Positions 38,651 through 48,979 are shown, numbered from the stretch's first letter. The stretch: 64,000 nt of DNA from an uncultured beta proteobacterium (GCA_963828205.1 CAWHDU010000011.1:9134-73133); one strand, 5' to 3'. Notes: generated from the sequence alone by a model not told the origin. A program made the numbers and translations.

Positions 38651-39427
38651 TTAATCTGCGGGCTGCGCCACGAGCCGGTCGATGCACCATGCCGCTGCGG
38701 CAAATCCCATCGGCGCCGTGACCGTCACCACCGAACCATAGCCGGCGCAGCTCAGGTTGCCCGCGGTGCATGCGGCGCTCTTCCTGGACGGCTCTTCCAG
38801 ATACACGCAGGCTACGCCGAATTTGCCGTTCTTGCGCGGCAGGATTTTGAATTCCTTGCCCAGCAGCTTCCTGATGCGCGACAGCAACGCATCATGGGTG
38901 ACCAACCCGAGATCGGACTGGCGGAGATTGAGGGGATTGTTTTTTCCGCCCGCCGCGCCGCAGACCACGAGCCGTATCTTGTTGCGCCGGGCATGGGCGA
39001 TCAGCGCAGCCTTTGCGCGGGCGTTGTCGCAGGCATCGATGACGGCGTCGAACGCGTTTGGCGGAATCAGGTCACGGACATTTTCTTCGGTCATGAAATC
39101 CTCGATGGCGGTCACCTTGCAGCCGGGATTGATGTCGCGTATCCGCGCTTCCAGCACCGCCACTTTCGCCGCGCCGAGCGTGCTGCCCAGCGCCTGGACC
39201 TGCCGGTTCACATTGGATACGGCGACATGATCCAGGTCGATCAGCGCGATGTGCCCGATGCCGCAGCGCGCGAGCGCCTCGACCGCCCAGGAACCGACGC
39301 CGCCGACGCCCACCACCGCCACGCGGCTGCGGTGCAGCGCCATGCGGGTACCCTCCCCGTAGAGGCGGTCAATCCCGCCGAAGCGGCGCCCATGGTCATC
39401 ATCGAGATGGGAAAGCGGCATGTTCAT
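38651..39427 (-). CDS. tcdA: tRNA threonylcarbamoyladenosine dehydratase (ThiF family)
   Basis: 'RRFGGIDRLYG', 'VVGVGGVGSWAVEALARCG', 'SNVNRQ', 'SCAGYGS..TVTAPMG'. Confidence 0.92.
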   Translation of the reverse strand: MNMPLSHLDDDHGRRFGGIDRLYGEGTRMALHRSRVAVVGVGGVGSWAVEALARCGIGHIALIDLDHVAVSNVNRQVQALGSTLGAAKVAVLEARIRDINPGCKVTAIEDFMTEENVRDLIPPNAFDAVIDACDNARAKAALIAHARRNKIRLVVCGAAGGKNNPLNLRQSDLGLVTHDALLSRIRKLLGKEFKILPRKNGKFGVACVYLEEPSRKSAACTAGNLSCAGYGSVVTVTAPMGFAAAAWCIDRLVAQPAD

Positions 39428-40200
39428 TGCTGCCCGAGTTTCGGGAGCGCGGACAGTGCGTTCTCCGAGGTGATGCGCGCGATTTCTTCCGGCGCCATGC
39501 CGCGCAATTCCGCCAGCGTCTGCGCGATGCGCGGCAGGTATTCCGGTTTGTTCGGCTCGCCGTTTTTCAGGAACACCGGCGGGATATCCGGCGCGTCGGT
39601 TTCCAGCACGATGCTCTCCAGCGGCAAGGTCGCGGCGAATTCGCGCAGGCGCGTCGCGCGCGAGTGGGTCATCGCGCCGCCGAAACCGAGCTTGAAGCCG
39701 AGCCGGATGAATTCCTCCGCCTGCTGGCGGCTGCCGCTGAAGGCGTGGGCGATGCCGCCGCGCACTTTGTTCTGGCGCAGGTGCTTGAGGACGATGTCCT
39801 GCGCGCGGCGGGTATGCAGCAGCACCGGCAGATCGAATTCGCGTGCCAGCTTCAGTTGTATGGTGAAAAAGAATTCCTGCCGCGCGCGGTCGTGAGGTTC
39901 GATGAAAAAATCCAGCCCGATTTCACCGACCGCGACAGTGGCAGGCTGCGCCAGGCAATCGCGCAGCGCGAGCAGGTCTTCCGGCTGCGCCCCGTCCACG
40001 TACATCGGGTGGATGCCATAGGCGGGCGCGCAAACCGGGAATCGTTCGCACAGTTGGCGCACCGTTCCGAAATTGGCGCGCTCGACCGAGGGTATGACGA
40101 TGCGTCCGACCCCGGCAGCCCGCGCGGCTTCCACCAGCGCGGCCTGCGTGTCGCCGAATTCGGCGGCGTCGAGATGGCAGTGGGTGTCAATGAAGTGCAT
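39424..40200 (-). CDS. TatD family hydrolase
   Basis: 'IDTHCHLD', 'AVGEIGLDF', 'LLHTR', 'IAHAFSG', 'LETDAP'. Confidence 0.95.
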   Translation of the reverse strand: MHFIDTHCHLDAAEFGDTQAALVEAARAAGVGRIVIPSVERANFGTVRQLCERFPVCAPAYGIHPMYVDGAQPEDLLALRDCLAQPATVAVGEIGLDFFIEPHDRARQEFFFTIQLKLAREFDLPVLLHTRRAQDIVLKHLRQNKVRGGIAHAFSGSRQQAEEFIRLGFKLGFGGAMTHSRATRLREFAATLPLESIVLETDAPDIPPVFLKNGEPNKPEYLPRIAQTLAELRGMAPEEIARITSENALSALPKLGQQ

Positions 40201-40209
40201 GATGGTTGT

Positions 40210-40381
40210 TGAACCTAAAACTGCAATTCAAGCCACAGAGATCACAGAGAACACAGAGATAAGGCAGGTTCGGCATATTTCCCCAAGTTCATCTGATGAG
40301 TGAAGTAAGTATTTATGACCACCAATGATTTTCCTCTGTGAGCTCTGTGTTCTCTGTGGCTAATTGGTTTTTTTAGGTTAA
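40210..40381. repeat. Small inverted-repeat element with 9-bp CACAGAGA sub-repeats
   Basis: AGCCACAGAGATCACAGAGAACACAGAG (40231-40258) against CTCTGTGAGCTCTGTGTTCTCTGTGGCT (40334-40361); the inverted match extends outward (AACCTAAAA / TTTTAGGTT). Confidence 0.85.
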
Positions 40382-40422
40382 CTTGCTGGATGATATGCGA
40401 TGTGCCGCATGCAAGAAATAGC

Positions 40423-41463
40423 TCATGTCCCGTATCCCTCGCACGGCGAGGCGAGCGCGCGGTTGTCCATCGTCAGCACGATTTTGCCGGTCATGCCGCC
40501 GGCCTCGACCATGCGGTGCGCCAGCGCCGCCTGCTCCAGCGGCAGTTTGTGCGACACCAGCACGCCGAGCCTGCTTGCCTCGACGAGCTGCGCGCCTTGT
40601 TCCAGTATTTTGCGCTGGCGGATGCGTTCGTCGTGCAGATTCATCACCTGCGGAGTGAGCATCAACTCGAAGCACAGCGACAGGTTGCGCAGCCGCGCGA
40701 GCTGCGCATCGGCCAGCGACAACGGGGTGGAGAGCAGGGTGACCAGCTTGCCGCCGATGCGCACGGCGTTCAGCGAGCGCAGAAAAGTCTCGCCGCCCAC
40801 CGTGTCGAACGCCACGTCCACACCTTTTTCTTCCGTCCAGTCCAACGCTTCCTGTACGAAATCCTGCTCGCGGTATTCGATGATTTTTTCCGCGCCAAGG
40901 CCATGCGCCAGCCCGGCCTTTTTTTCGTCGCCGACCGTCACGGCGATATTTGCGCCGAGATGGTGGGCGAGCTGCACGGCGACATGCCCCACGCCCCCGG
41001 CGGCGGCATGGATCAGGACGGTCTGCCCTGCTTGCAGATTGGCGCGCTCGACCAGCGCTTCCCACGCGGTGATCAGCACCAGCGGCAGCGCGGCACTTTC
41101 CTCCAATGAGAGATTGGCGGGCTTCGCCGCACAGTATTCCTCATGCAGCGTGGTGTATTCGGCGTAGCAGCCCGGCTCGCCGCCAATGCCGCCGTTGCAG
41201 AAATACACTGCGTCTCCCACCTTGAAACGCGTCACCGCGCTGCCGGTTGCCTCGACGATGCCCGCGCCGTCGCAGCCGAGTATCGCGGGCAGCTTGTCGG
41301 GATGGTAAACGGGATTGACGCGCAGCTTGGTGTCGATCGGGTTTACCCCCGCGGCGGAGAGCTTCACGCGCAGATGGTGCGGCGAGGGCAGCCCCGGTTT
41401 GGTGATCTCGCGCAGTTGCAGCACATCGGCATTGCCGGCGGCGGTCATCAAGATGGCTTTCAT
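40423..41463 (-). CDS. MDR-family NADPH:quinone oxidoreductase-like protein
   Basis: 'AAGVNPID', 'ILGCDGAG', 'ITAWEAL', 'LIHAAAGGVGHVAVQLA', 'GKIVL'. Confidence 0.9.
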   Translation of the reverse strand: MKAILMTAAGNADVLQLREITKPGLPSPHHLRVKLSAAGVNPIDTKLRVNPVYHPDKLPAILGCDGAGIVEATGSAVTRFKVGDAVYFCNGGIGGEPGCYAEYTTLHEEYCAAKPANLSLEESAALPLVLITAWEALVERANLQAGQTVLIHAAAGGVGHVAVQLAHHLGANIAVTVGDEKKAGLAHGLGAEKIIEYREQDFVQEALDWTEEKGVDVAFDTVGGETFLRSLNAVRIGGKLVTLLSTPLSLADAQLARLRNLSLCFELMLTPQVMNLHDERIRQRKILEQGAQLVEASRLGVLVSHKLPLEQAALAHRMVEAGGMTGKIVLTMDNRALASPCEGYGT

Positions 41464-41481
41464 CAATAAATCCCCAGGTTT

Positions 41482-41598
41482 GTCATTCCCGCGCAGGCGG
41501 GAATCCAGTCAATAAAGATAAGTTCTCCGCAACGCGGAGGCAAAACCTTAAAGGCATTTTGAATAGAACCGCTGGATTCCCGCCTGCGCGGGAATGAC
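41482..41598. repeat. Paired palindrome element (GTCATTCCCGCGCAGGCGGGAATCCAG with an inverted copy)
   Basis: Inverted copies at 41482-41508 and 41572-41598 with a central hairpin; same family as 14592 and 60990. Confidence 0.9.
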
Positions 41599-41626
41599 GG
41601 TTAGGTTGTCTGCTGTCCATCAGTAT

Positions 41627-41977
41627 TCAATGCATGCCGTCCATGCGCTGTGCGAGCAGTATCCTGACGAAGCGGTGCGGATCTTTCATGCCGCGCTGCA
41701 TCTGCACCGGCGTCGGTGTGTAGTCCTCGCGCCCGGCAAAGGTCATCCGGACGCTGCTTTCCAGATCGGTCAGGCCGCGCTCGATCTGCTCCGGTGTCGG
41801 CCGGTAGTCGTTGCGGTCGGCAAAGCGCGCCCTGACTTCGTGGCTCTCATCCGTCAGGCCGCGCTCAATCTGCTCCGGCGTGGGCGTGTAATCCCTGCGC
41901 TCGGCAAATTCCTTGCGGATTGAGACATCCGCATTCGTCAGGCCGAGCTCGATCTGTTCCGCTGTCAATTTCTGCAT
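41627..41977 (-). CDS. Small tandem-repeat protein (4 x 28 aa, HEAT/LRV-like)
   Basis: Unit TPEQIERGLTDxxxxVRxxFAxRxDYxP; the DNA period is 84 bp. Confidence 0.75.
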   Translation of the reverse strand: MQKLTAEQIELGLTNADVSIRKEFAERRDYTPTPEQIERGLTDESHEVRARFADRNDYRPTPEQIERGLTDLESSVRMTFAGREDYTPTPVQMQRGMKDPHRFVRILLAQRMDGMH

Positions 41978-42072
41978 GGTCGTAGTTTTGTATGGTTTGA
42001 GGCGACGGTTCCGCGAGGGCTGCTATGTTAAACTGAGCGCCTCATTTGCGCATCTTTTCGACGGGATCGGCT

Positions 42073-43173
42073 ATGTCTGGAAATACATTCGGCACATTGT
42101 TCACGGTGACTTCGTTCGGCGAATCGCACGGCGCGGCAATCGGCTGCGTGGTGGACGGCTGCCCTCCGGGGCTGGCGTTATGCGAGGCAGACCTCCAGCA
42201 TGACCTCGACCGGCGCAAGCCAGGCACCTCGCGCCACGTCACGCAGCGGCGCGAATCGGACACCGTGGAAATCCTCTCCGGCGTATTCGAAGGCAAGACC
42301 ACCGGCACGCCGATCGCGCTCTTGATCCGCAACGAAGACCAGCGCAGCAAGGACTACGGCAGCATCGCCGAGACCTTCCGCCCCGGCCACGCCGACTACA
42401 CCTATTGGCAGAAATACGGCATCCGCGACCATCGCGGCGGCGGGCGCGCCTCCGCGCGCGAGACTGCGGGGCGCGTTGCGGCAGGCGCGATCGCGAAGAA
42501 ATGGCTGAACGAGCGGTATGGCGTCACGGTGCGCGGCTACCTCGCGCAGCTCGGCGAGATCGCGGTCCCGTTCAAGAGCTGGGACGACGTGGACAACAAC
42601 CCGTTTTTCGCGCCCAATGCCGAGGTAGTGCAATCGCTGGAAGACTACATGGACGCGCTGCGCAAGTCCGGCGACTCCATCGGCGCGAAACTCGCGGTGG
42701 TGGCGCACAACGTTCCGGTCGGCTGGGGCGAGCCGGTGTTCGACCGCCTCGATGCCGAGATCGCCTACGCGCTGATGGGCATCAACGCGGTCAAGGCCGT
42801 CGAGATCGGCGCGGGCTTCGCTTGCGTGACGCAGAAAGGCAGCGAACATGGCGACGAACTCACGCCACAGGGATTTTTATCAAACAACGCGGGCGGCATC
42901 CTCGGCGGCATCTCCACCGGCCAAGACATCGTCGCGCACTACGCGGTCAAGCCCACTTCCAGTATCCGCATCGAACGCAACTCCATCGACAAAACGGGCA
43001 ATGCGGCAAAGGTCTCCACCGAAGGCCGCCACGACCCTTGCGTCGGTATCCGCGCCACGCCGATCGCGGAGGCGATGCTGGCGCTGGTGCTGATCGACCA
43101 CGCGTTGCGGCATCGCGGGCAGAATGGGGATGTGGTTTGCGCGACGCCGAAGATTTCCAGCCAGGCCGGCTAG
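42073..43173 (+). CDS. aroC: Chorismate synthase
   Basis: '[15 protein letters not shown]', 'RPGHADYTY', '[10 protein letters not shown]', 'GRHDPCV'. Confidence 0.98.
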   Translation: MSGNTFGTLFTVTSFGESHGAAIGCVVDGCPPGLALCEADLQHDLDRRKPGTSRHVTQRRESDTVEILSGVFEGKTTGTPIALLIRNEDQRSKDYGSIAETFRPGHADYTYWQKYGIRDHRGGGRASARETAGRVAAGAIAKKWLNERYGVTVRGYLAQLGEIAVPFKSWDDVDNNPFFAPNAEVVQSLEDYMDALRKSGDSIGAKLAVVAHNVPVGWGEPVFDRLDAEIAYALMGINAVKAVEIGAGFACVTQKGSEHGDELTPQGFLSNNAGGILGGISTGQDIVAHYAVKPTSSIRIERNSIDKTGNAAKVSTEGRHDPCVGIRATPIAEAMLALVLIDHALRHRGQNGDVVCATPKISSQAG

Positions 43174-43175
43174 GT

Positions 43176-43727
43176 ATGCCGTTCCCTGACTGGCTGCAGG
43201 ATATCCGCGAACAGGATTGGCAGCCGGTCACCGGCGCCGGGTTGATGGCCTTTTCCATCGCGGCGCTGCTGGTGCTCTACTTAGCCAACACCGGCGAGCG
43301 CTGGATACCCCTGCTGGACAGCGCCAACCTTGCATTCCATGAGGCAGGCCACCCCTTCTTCGGCATCCTCAGCGAACGGCTCGCAGTCTACGGAGGCACC
43401 CTTGGGCAACTGTTTTTTCCGCTGGTAGCCACTGCCTCTTTCTGGAAGCGGCGGGAAACACTGTCTTTCGCGCTGGCGTCTCTCTGGCTGTTTGAAAACA
43501 TGTTCAATATCGCCCGCTACATGGCCGACGCCCGCGCCCAGGCATTACCCCTTGTGGGCGGCGGCGAGCACGACTGGACGGATATCTTCAGCCGCTGGGG
43601 TGCGCTCGGATTGGATACCACGGTCGCCGGCATGGTGCGCTTTTTTGTCTGGCTCGGCATCCTGGCGCTCTGGGCTTGGCTGGCTTGGCGCTGGCGGCAG
43701 CAAGGTAGCCCGGATGAAATGCAATGA
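43176..43727 (+). CDS. Membrane protein with a HExxH motif (M50-like metallopeptidase?)
   Basis: 3' part of ORF 42405-43727 from ATG 43176; several TM segments and 'NLAFHEAGH'. Confidence 0.6.
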   Translation: MPFPDWLQDIREQDWQPVTGAGLMAFSIAALLVLYLANTGERWIPLLDSANLAFHEAGHPFFGILSERLAVYGGTLGQLFFPLVATASFWKRRETLSFALASLWLFENMFNIARYMADARAQALPLVGGGEHDWTDIFSRWGALGLDTTVAGMVRFFVWLGILALWAWLAWRWRQQGSPDEMQ

Positions 43728-43887
43728 AATCCGGGGTCGGGTTGTAACCTGAACCCGGATTTCGGTTCACTCCATCCAGGCTACAATGAACTCGCGTAAG
43801 GCGCTATGCTTTTCCGCCCTACATTTGTTATTTCTCCGCTCTCCGGTACAGCAAGAGTAGGATGGGTTGAGCGCAGCGATACCCATC
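43705..43887. repeat. Cluster of GTAG-type REPs
   Basis: GTAGCCCGGATG...ATCCGGG with inverted CCCGGAT...ATCCAGGCTAC (43705-43784), and GTAGGATGGGTTGAGCGCAGCGATACCCATC (43857-43887). Confidence 0.8.
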
Positions 43888-43930
43888 GAAAACGGATGGG
43901 TGGCGCGGATGGTTGCGGGGAGATGCTTGT

Positions 43931-45007
43931 TCAACTCAAGGCATCGTTAAATGCTTGTGCAAGAGGATGAATCGTTTGTTTATCAGGAAATGCCATCGCA
44001 TAATAATGAGTCGCACTGCGTTGCGTGCCGATTAGCATCGGGAATTTTTTTGTAAAATATTCTTTTGCTTGAAACCAACTCTCGTCATAGTTTCCCATTG
44101 AGTTGTGAAACAATGTCAAGTCGGATGCCACGACAACTCGCGCGCCTGAAAGGTGAGCGCGGTATGAAAGGTCTACGTCGTAATAATGAAAACCCGGAAT
44201 GCCGGTATCAAACTGAAGAGCGCTTAACAAAGTACGCCTGGCTGCGATGAATACCCCATCAAGCACTTGCGCTGATGATCGCAATGTTGTCAAAGATGCT
44301 ATACGTAGCCCATAACCCGCTGTTCGCCTTTCGCCCGCAACCTCCGTATGGGGTTGCACGACCCGGCCAATAATGTATGGATGGCCATCAAATAGCACAC
44401 CAGGACCCGTCATTTGTCGTGACCCTGCGACACCAACCATGTCGGCGTCTGCCATCACCTCAATCAACCGAGCCATGAAATCTGGTATGACAAACTTGAT
44501 ATCATCGTGGCACAGCACCACAATTTCCCCTTGTGACTGATTGAAGCCTCTCTGGTAGCCCTCACTCATGCACTTGGCGTCGGCAATCCGAATTATTTCA
44601 TAGGGATATTCCATAGCCGCATGTTCAATTTCTTGGCGGACAGCCGAAAATCGCGTATCTCGATGGCTACATATGACAAATGAAACAAACGGTCTATCTC
44701 CAACAGGCACCCGCTTATATGCGGGCCGTGAGATCAAGCCATACTTGAATATTTCTCTAAAGTGCTGGTTTGCAAAATTGTAATCGTGTGGCGCAAATGA
44801 AAGGTAAGTGCGAGCGGCTTGCCAAGCTTCTGAAATTCTGGAACAGGCGATTAATGTTGCATACAAAGCCTTGTAGGAAGCTAACTGCCCCGCTTCCGTC
44901 GCCCGGCAAAGACAATCGATCGCTTCGTTGTACCGATGTTCTCGCGCCAATCGCACGCCAAGATTATGCTGCTCCATAGAGCTTATTGCGTCCATTGTGC
45001 GTTTCAT
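43931..45007 (-). CDS. Glycosyltransferase (GT2-like) with a short N-terminal TPR-like segment; AT-rich
   Basis: 'VSFVICS', 'EIIRIADAKCMSEGYQRG', 'LCHDDI', 'LDGVFIAARR', 'GFHYYDVDLS'. Confidence 0.75.
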   Translation of the reverse strand: MKRTMDAISSMEQHNLGVRLAREHRYNEAIDCLCRATEAGQLASYKALYATLIACSRISEAWQAARTYLSFAPHDYNFANQHFREIFKYGLISRPAYKRVPVGDRPFVSFVICSHRDTRFSAVRQEIEHAAMEYPYEIIRIADAKCMSEGYQRGFNQSQGEIVVLCHDDIKFVIPDFMARLIEVMADADMVGVAGSRQMTGPGVLFDGHPYIIGRVVQPHTEVAGERRTAGYGLRIASLTTLRSSAQVLDGVFIAARRTLLSALQFDTGIPGFHYYDVDLSYRAHLSGARVVVASDLTLFHNSMGNYDESWFQAKEYFTKKFPMLIGTQRSATHYYAMAFPDKQTIHPLAQAFNDALS

Positions 45008-45408
45008 TTAACCGGTTCTGCGAGTGGAAAACCAGAAAAAACATCTTTCATGTGTTGGGGTTAATACGAATATATAACACCGATGACGTCAAGCAGATGA
45101 ATTATTGTTTGCGGTGCAGATAATTGCCTGTTTTTTCGTTAATGCCAAGTCAGGCTGACAATCAAGTGCAGTGCAAACGATTATGCAAATTAACGTTTTT
45201 ATTATGCCATATAGCCGTTCCGTGAACATAACCCTCAAAGCCCCACAACTGTTAGAAGCATCGTTTGCAGTATTTTGCGAACAGCCTGGGATGCACCATA
45301 CCACCCGGCATTTCATTTGCAATTCACAGCACCCGCATCGCGCATTGTCATTCGCATTGATTTTTATCAGAAAAAGGCGTATGTTGAAAGACAAAAGAAG
45401 GAACGATT

Positions 45409-46023
45409 ATGGCTATCTCTGGCATCAATCTGTCGCCTAACCTCATCAGCACTCAAACCAGCGAGTTTCAGGCTGCCATTGGCGCGCAAAGCCCTTCCGC
45501 TATTTCGCAGCAGAAGGGAAATAGTGTAATTGCGCATATAAGTGCATTTGGGCAATTCCAGTCTACTCTTGCCGATTTGCAGAGCAAGGCGCAATCGCTC
45601 AAAAATCTGAGCAACCCTCCCACCTTTGATGATCTTCAGCTTGCCGTGCAAGGTGTTGTGCAATCCCTCAATTCGCTTAAGGAGAACGCCAGCCTGTTGG
45701 CGTCGAAGCAGAGCGCTCTCAGCGCCGACAGCCGGGCCGGGCAGGCAGTAAACAGTGCCCGCAAGGCAGTGGACGGGAGCGACCTGAATACGCTTTCCGC
45801 ATTGCAAAAAGCGGGCATTTCGCGGCAGGCCGACGGCATGTTTGCCGTCAATGAGAAGGAGTTGGAGAAATCTTCCAGGGATGATCGGTCAGGCGCATTA
45901 TCCGCCATGTTCGAGGTTGCCGACCATGTTGCGCAAGTGGCGAAGCCGGTTCAATCGACCAATACCGGAGGTTATGCAGCAAGCAAGGCAATAGCCAGTT
46001 ACGTCAGCATTGCGGAGCTCTAG
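45409..46023 (+). CDS. Short FliD-like (flagellar cap-like) protein
   Basis: 'HISAFGQFQSTLADLQSKAQSL' resembles FliD_N and 'SALQKAGISRQADGMFAVNEKELEK' resembles FliD_C; only 204 aa. Confidence 0.6.
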   Translation: MAISGINLSPNLISTQTSEFQAAIGAQSPSAISQQKGNSVIAHISAFGQFQSTLADLQSKAQSLKNLSNPPTFDDLQLAVQGVVQSLNSLKENASLLASKQSALSADSRAGQAVNSARKAVDGSDLNTLSALQKAGISRQADGMFAVNEKELEKSSRDDRSGALSAMFEVADHVAQVAKPVQSTNTGGYAASKAIASYVSIAEL

Positions 46024-46115
46024 AATTTCCGGGTTCATGCGCATTTATCGAGGGCGGCCGGTTGCTCACCCTGCGGATTGCTGTAACATGATCCGGTCGA
46101 TAAAGGAGAAAAACC

Positions 46116-46700
46116 ATGCAACTCGACGACCGCGGCCTGGACATCATTTTCCGCGAAGCGCACACCCATAGCGTATGGCTGGATAAACCGGTCAGCGACG
46201 CGCTGCTGCATCAGATTTACGACCTGATGAAATGGGCGCCGACCAGCGCCAACAGTTGTCCGGCGCGCATCGTGTTCGTGCGCAGCGCGGAAGCGAAGCA
46301 GCGGTTGCTTGCGGCGATGGCGCCGGGCAACGTGGACAAGACCCGCGCTGCGCCGGTGACCGCAATCGTCGCGCACGATATGGAATTCTACGAGAAACTG
46401 CCGAAGTTGTTCCCGCAGGCCGACGCGCGTTCGTGGTTTGTTGGCAACCAGCCGCTGATCGGTACCACCGCATTTCGTAACGGTACGCTACAAGGCGCCT
46501 ATCTGCTGATCGCCGCGCGTGCGCTCGGTCTCGACGCGGGGCCGATGTCCGGCTTCGACAATGAAAAAATTGATCATGAGTTTTTTGCGGGCACCAAAAT
46601 CAAGTCCAACTTCGTGATTAACCTCGGCTATGGCGACAGCAGCAAGCTGTTTCCGCGCAACCCGCGCCTGCCGTTCGAGGAAGCGGCACAAATCTTATAG
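46116..46700 (+). CDS. Nitroreductase-family protein (RutE / malonic semialdehyde reductase-like)
   Basis: 'FREAHTH', '[13 protein letters not shown]', '[10 protein letters not shown]', '[11 protein letters not shown]', 'PRNPRLPF'. Confidence 0.9.
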   Translation: MQLDDRGLDIIFREAHTHSVWLDKPVSDALLHQIYDLMKWAPTSANSCPARIVFVRSAEAKQRLLAAMAPGNVDKTRAAPVTAIVAHDMEFYEKLPKLFPQADARSWFVGNQPLIGTTAFRNGTLQGAYLLIAARALGLDAGPMSGFDNEKIDHEFFAGTKIKSNFVINLGYGDSSKLFPRNPRLPFEEAAQIL

Positions 46701-46981
46701 TGAGCCTCTAAAAATCCAGAATTTTTTGGCGCCTTGCATTTGGATGAACCCGGCATTTTAACGGTTTGCATCAAGCGCCCTTATCTACTTTGTGCTATTT
46801 GTATTTCACCAGATTCCTGAATGCCTCCCCAAAGTGCGGCCCCGGCTGCTCGTAAAAGATATTTCCTCTATGCTTCAAAATGAATGCCGCAGATGGACCG
46901 CAGTAAATGTAAAACTTATACTGCTATCTCTGCATGGCCGCAGAATTTTTCGGTAGGGTGCAATTTTTGCAGCTTTTTCCT

Positions 46982-47491
46982 TCATGGTGCGGCCGCTACC
47001 ATGAACCTGCCGGTGCTGGCCTCGAATATATCCTTGCCGCGTTTGATGCGGATGCGCAACTCCCAGTAGCCCTTGAGCGGGAAGTTGACATAGCCCTGAT
47101 AGCTGCCCGGCGATGTTTCCCTGAAAACCGTGGAGAAATCCTTGGTCGCATCGGACGCGCGATAGGCCAGCACCTCCATTGCCCCGCTGACCGGCGCGCC
47201 CGTGCGATCTGTCACGCCGATCTCGTATGCCGCCGGCGAATTCATTTTGACGGCCTTGGGTTGTTTGATGGTGGTTCTCCAAGCAAGCACCCTGTGCGCC
47301 TCGATGTCATTTAGCGTGGCGGTATCCGATTTGCGGTTCTTGGTGCTGTATTCCCGATCAACCAGCGCCGGCCGGTTCTGCACGGACAACCAGATGAATG
47401 CGCCGTTTACGCACAGCACCACGGCCATCATCCCCATCATCCCGAGGAACCATGGGTTGCGTAAGCCTTTTTTGTTATCCTGCGAAATCAT
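46982..47491 (-). CDS. ccoH: FixH/CcoH family protein
   Basis: N-terminal TM 'NPWFLG..VVLCVNG', 'LPLKG.WEL'-type C-terminus; follows ccoG. Confidence 0.8.
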   Translation of the reverse strand: MISQDNKKGLRNPWFLGMMGMMAVVLCVNGAFIWLSVQNRPALVDREYSTKNRKSDTATLNDIEAHRVLAWRTTIKQPKAVKMNSPAAYEIGVTDRTGAPVSGAMEVLAYRASDATKDFSTVFRETSPGSYQGYVNFPLKGYWELRIRIKRGKDIFEASTGRFMVAAAP

Positions 47492-47548
47492 TTTCCGTGC
47501 CCGTCCTTTATCAAGCCATCTCATCAATCGCCCGTTTATCGCCTCCGG

Positions 47549-48979
47549 TCATGGTCGGGGGCCGTTGAAATTGGTCTGGTATTCAGCCGCGATGAGCGGA
47601 TCGTCAACGCTATGGATGCGAAACACTATCGGCGTCGTTTCCATTTTGACGTTCTCGCCGGGCGTCCTGACGAAGATGGCGAATGAAGTGCTGCGGCCAT
47701 GGTGAACAAGCAGGGGTTTCTCGGCGCCGATAATGGCCTGGCCTTTGATTCCGCCCTCCGCCGTGACCGTCACAAGCATATCCTTGCCGGTTTTGTTGAG
47801 CACTTTGAAGTCGTATTTGTTCTGTATCGAACCGTCGCTCATGCTCACATACAACGGCTGGCGCTCCGGAATCACCTTCAGCGTCAGCGCACCCAGGTGG
47901 GTCAGCCCGTAAACGATTCCGCCAAAAGCGATCAGGATGATGCCGAGGTACACCAGCGTGCGCGGATGCTGGTACAGCTTCTTGGCGGGCTTTCCTTCCA
48001 GCTCGTCCAGCGAGGCATAGCGTATCAGGCCGCGCGGCTTGCCTACCTTGTCCATGATGGAATCGCAGGCATCCAGGCACAGCCCGCAGGTGATGCAGCC
48101 TAATTGCTGCCCGTCGCGGATGTCTACGCCGGCCGGGCACACCTGCACGCACTGGAAGCAGTCGATGCAATCGCCCTGTGCCGCATCCCCCACGCCCGCT
48201 TTACGGTGCAGTTTGCCGCGCGGCTCGCCGCGCCTGAAATCGTAGGCCGGCAATATCGTTTGCGAATCGGTCATCACGCCCTGGATGCGCGCGTAGGGGC
48301 ACATCCACATGCAGACCTGCTCGCGCAACAGCCCGCCCAGTATATAAGTGCCGAAGAAGAACATTATCAGCGTTACCCAGCCGACCAGCGGCAACCGGAA
48401 ATTCACCAGATTGTTCCAGTAATCGTAGGCATCCACGAACCAGATCGAAAAACTGATGCCGGTAAGCAGGGAAATCAGCATCCAGATGAAATGCTTGATG
48501 GATTTTTTCCGGATTTTTTCCGCATTCCAGGGCGCTGCGTCGAGCTTGCGCCGGGCTTGGGGAACGCCTTCAATCTTTTCCTCTATCCACGTAAACCAGT
48601 CTGTCCATGCCGTCTGGAAGCAGAAAAATCCGCACCACACCCGGGAGGCCACCGAAGTCACCGCAAACAGGGTCATCGCCAGCAGCAGCAGCAGCAGCGA
48701 CAACATCCAGATATCTTGCGGTAACACCGTCAGGTTGAAAAAGTGAAACTGGCGATGCACGATGTCGAACAGGATGGCCTGTTTGCCATTCCAGCGCAGG
48801 TAAGGGACAAGGAAGAACAGCAGATAAAGCGACTGGGTGACGTTTTTTACGGAACGGAAAAAACCCGGCATGCGCTTGGCGTGAATAGTCTTGCCGCCCG
48901 TGTTGACATTCCAGTATTCAAATTCCTGGTAAATTTTCGTGATTGTGCCGGAATCTTTTTGCTCTGCTTCCTTGTCCAC
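47549..48979 (-). CDS. ccoG: cbb3 oxidase accessory ferredoxin-like membrane protein CcoG
   Basis: 'RVWCGFFCFQT', 'REQVCMWMCPYARIQ', 'GDCIDCFQCVQVCPAGVDIRDG.QLGCITCGLC.DAC'. Confidence 0.96.
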   Translation of the reverse strand: MDKEAEQKDSGTITKIYQEFEYWNVNTGGKTIHAKRMPGFFRSVKNVTQSLYLLFFLVPYLRWNGKQAILFDIVHRQFHFFNLTVLPQDIWMLSLLLLLLAMTLFAVTSVASRVWCGFFCFQTAWTDWFTWIEEKIEGVPQARRKLDAAPWNAEKIRKKSIKHFIWMLISLLTGISFSIWFVDAYDYWNNLVNFRLPLVGWVTLIMFFFGTYILGGLLREQVCMWMCPYARIQGVMTDSQTILPAYDFRRGEPRGKLHRKAGVGDAAQGDCIDCFQCVQVCPAGVDIRDGQQLGCITCGLCLDACDSIMDKVGKPRGLIRYASLDELEGKPAKKLYQHPRTLVYLGIILIAFGGIVYGLTHLGALTLKVIPERQPLYVSMSDGSIQNKYDFKVLNKTGKDMLVTVTAEGGIKGQAIIGAEKPLLVHHGRSTSFAIFVRTPGENVKMETTPIVFRIHSVDDPLIAAEYQTNFNGPRP

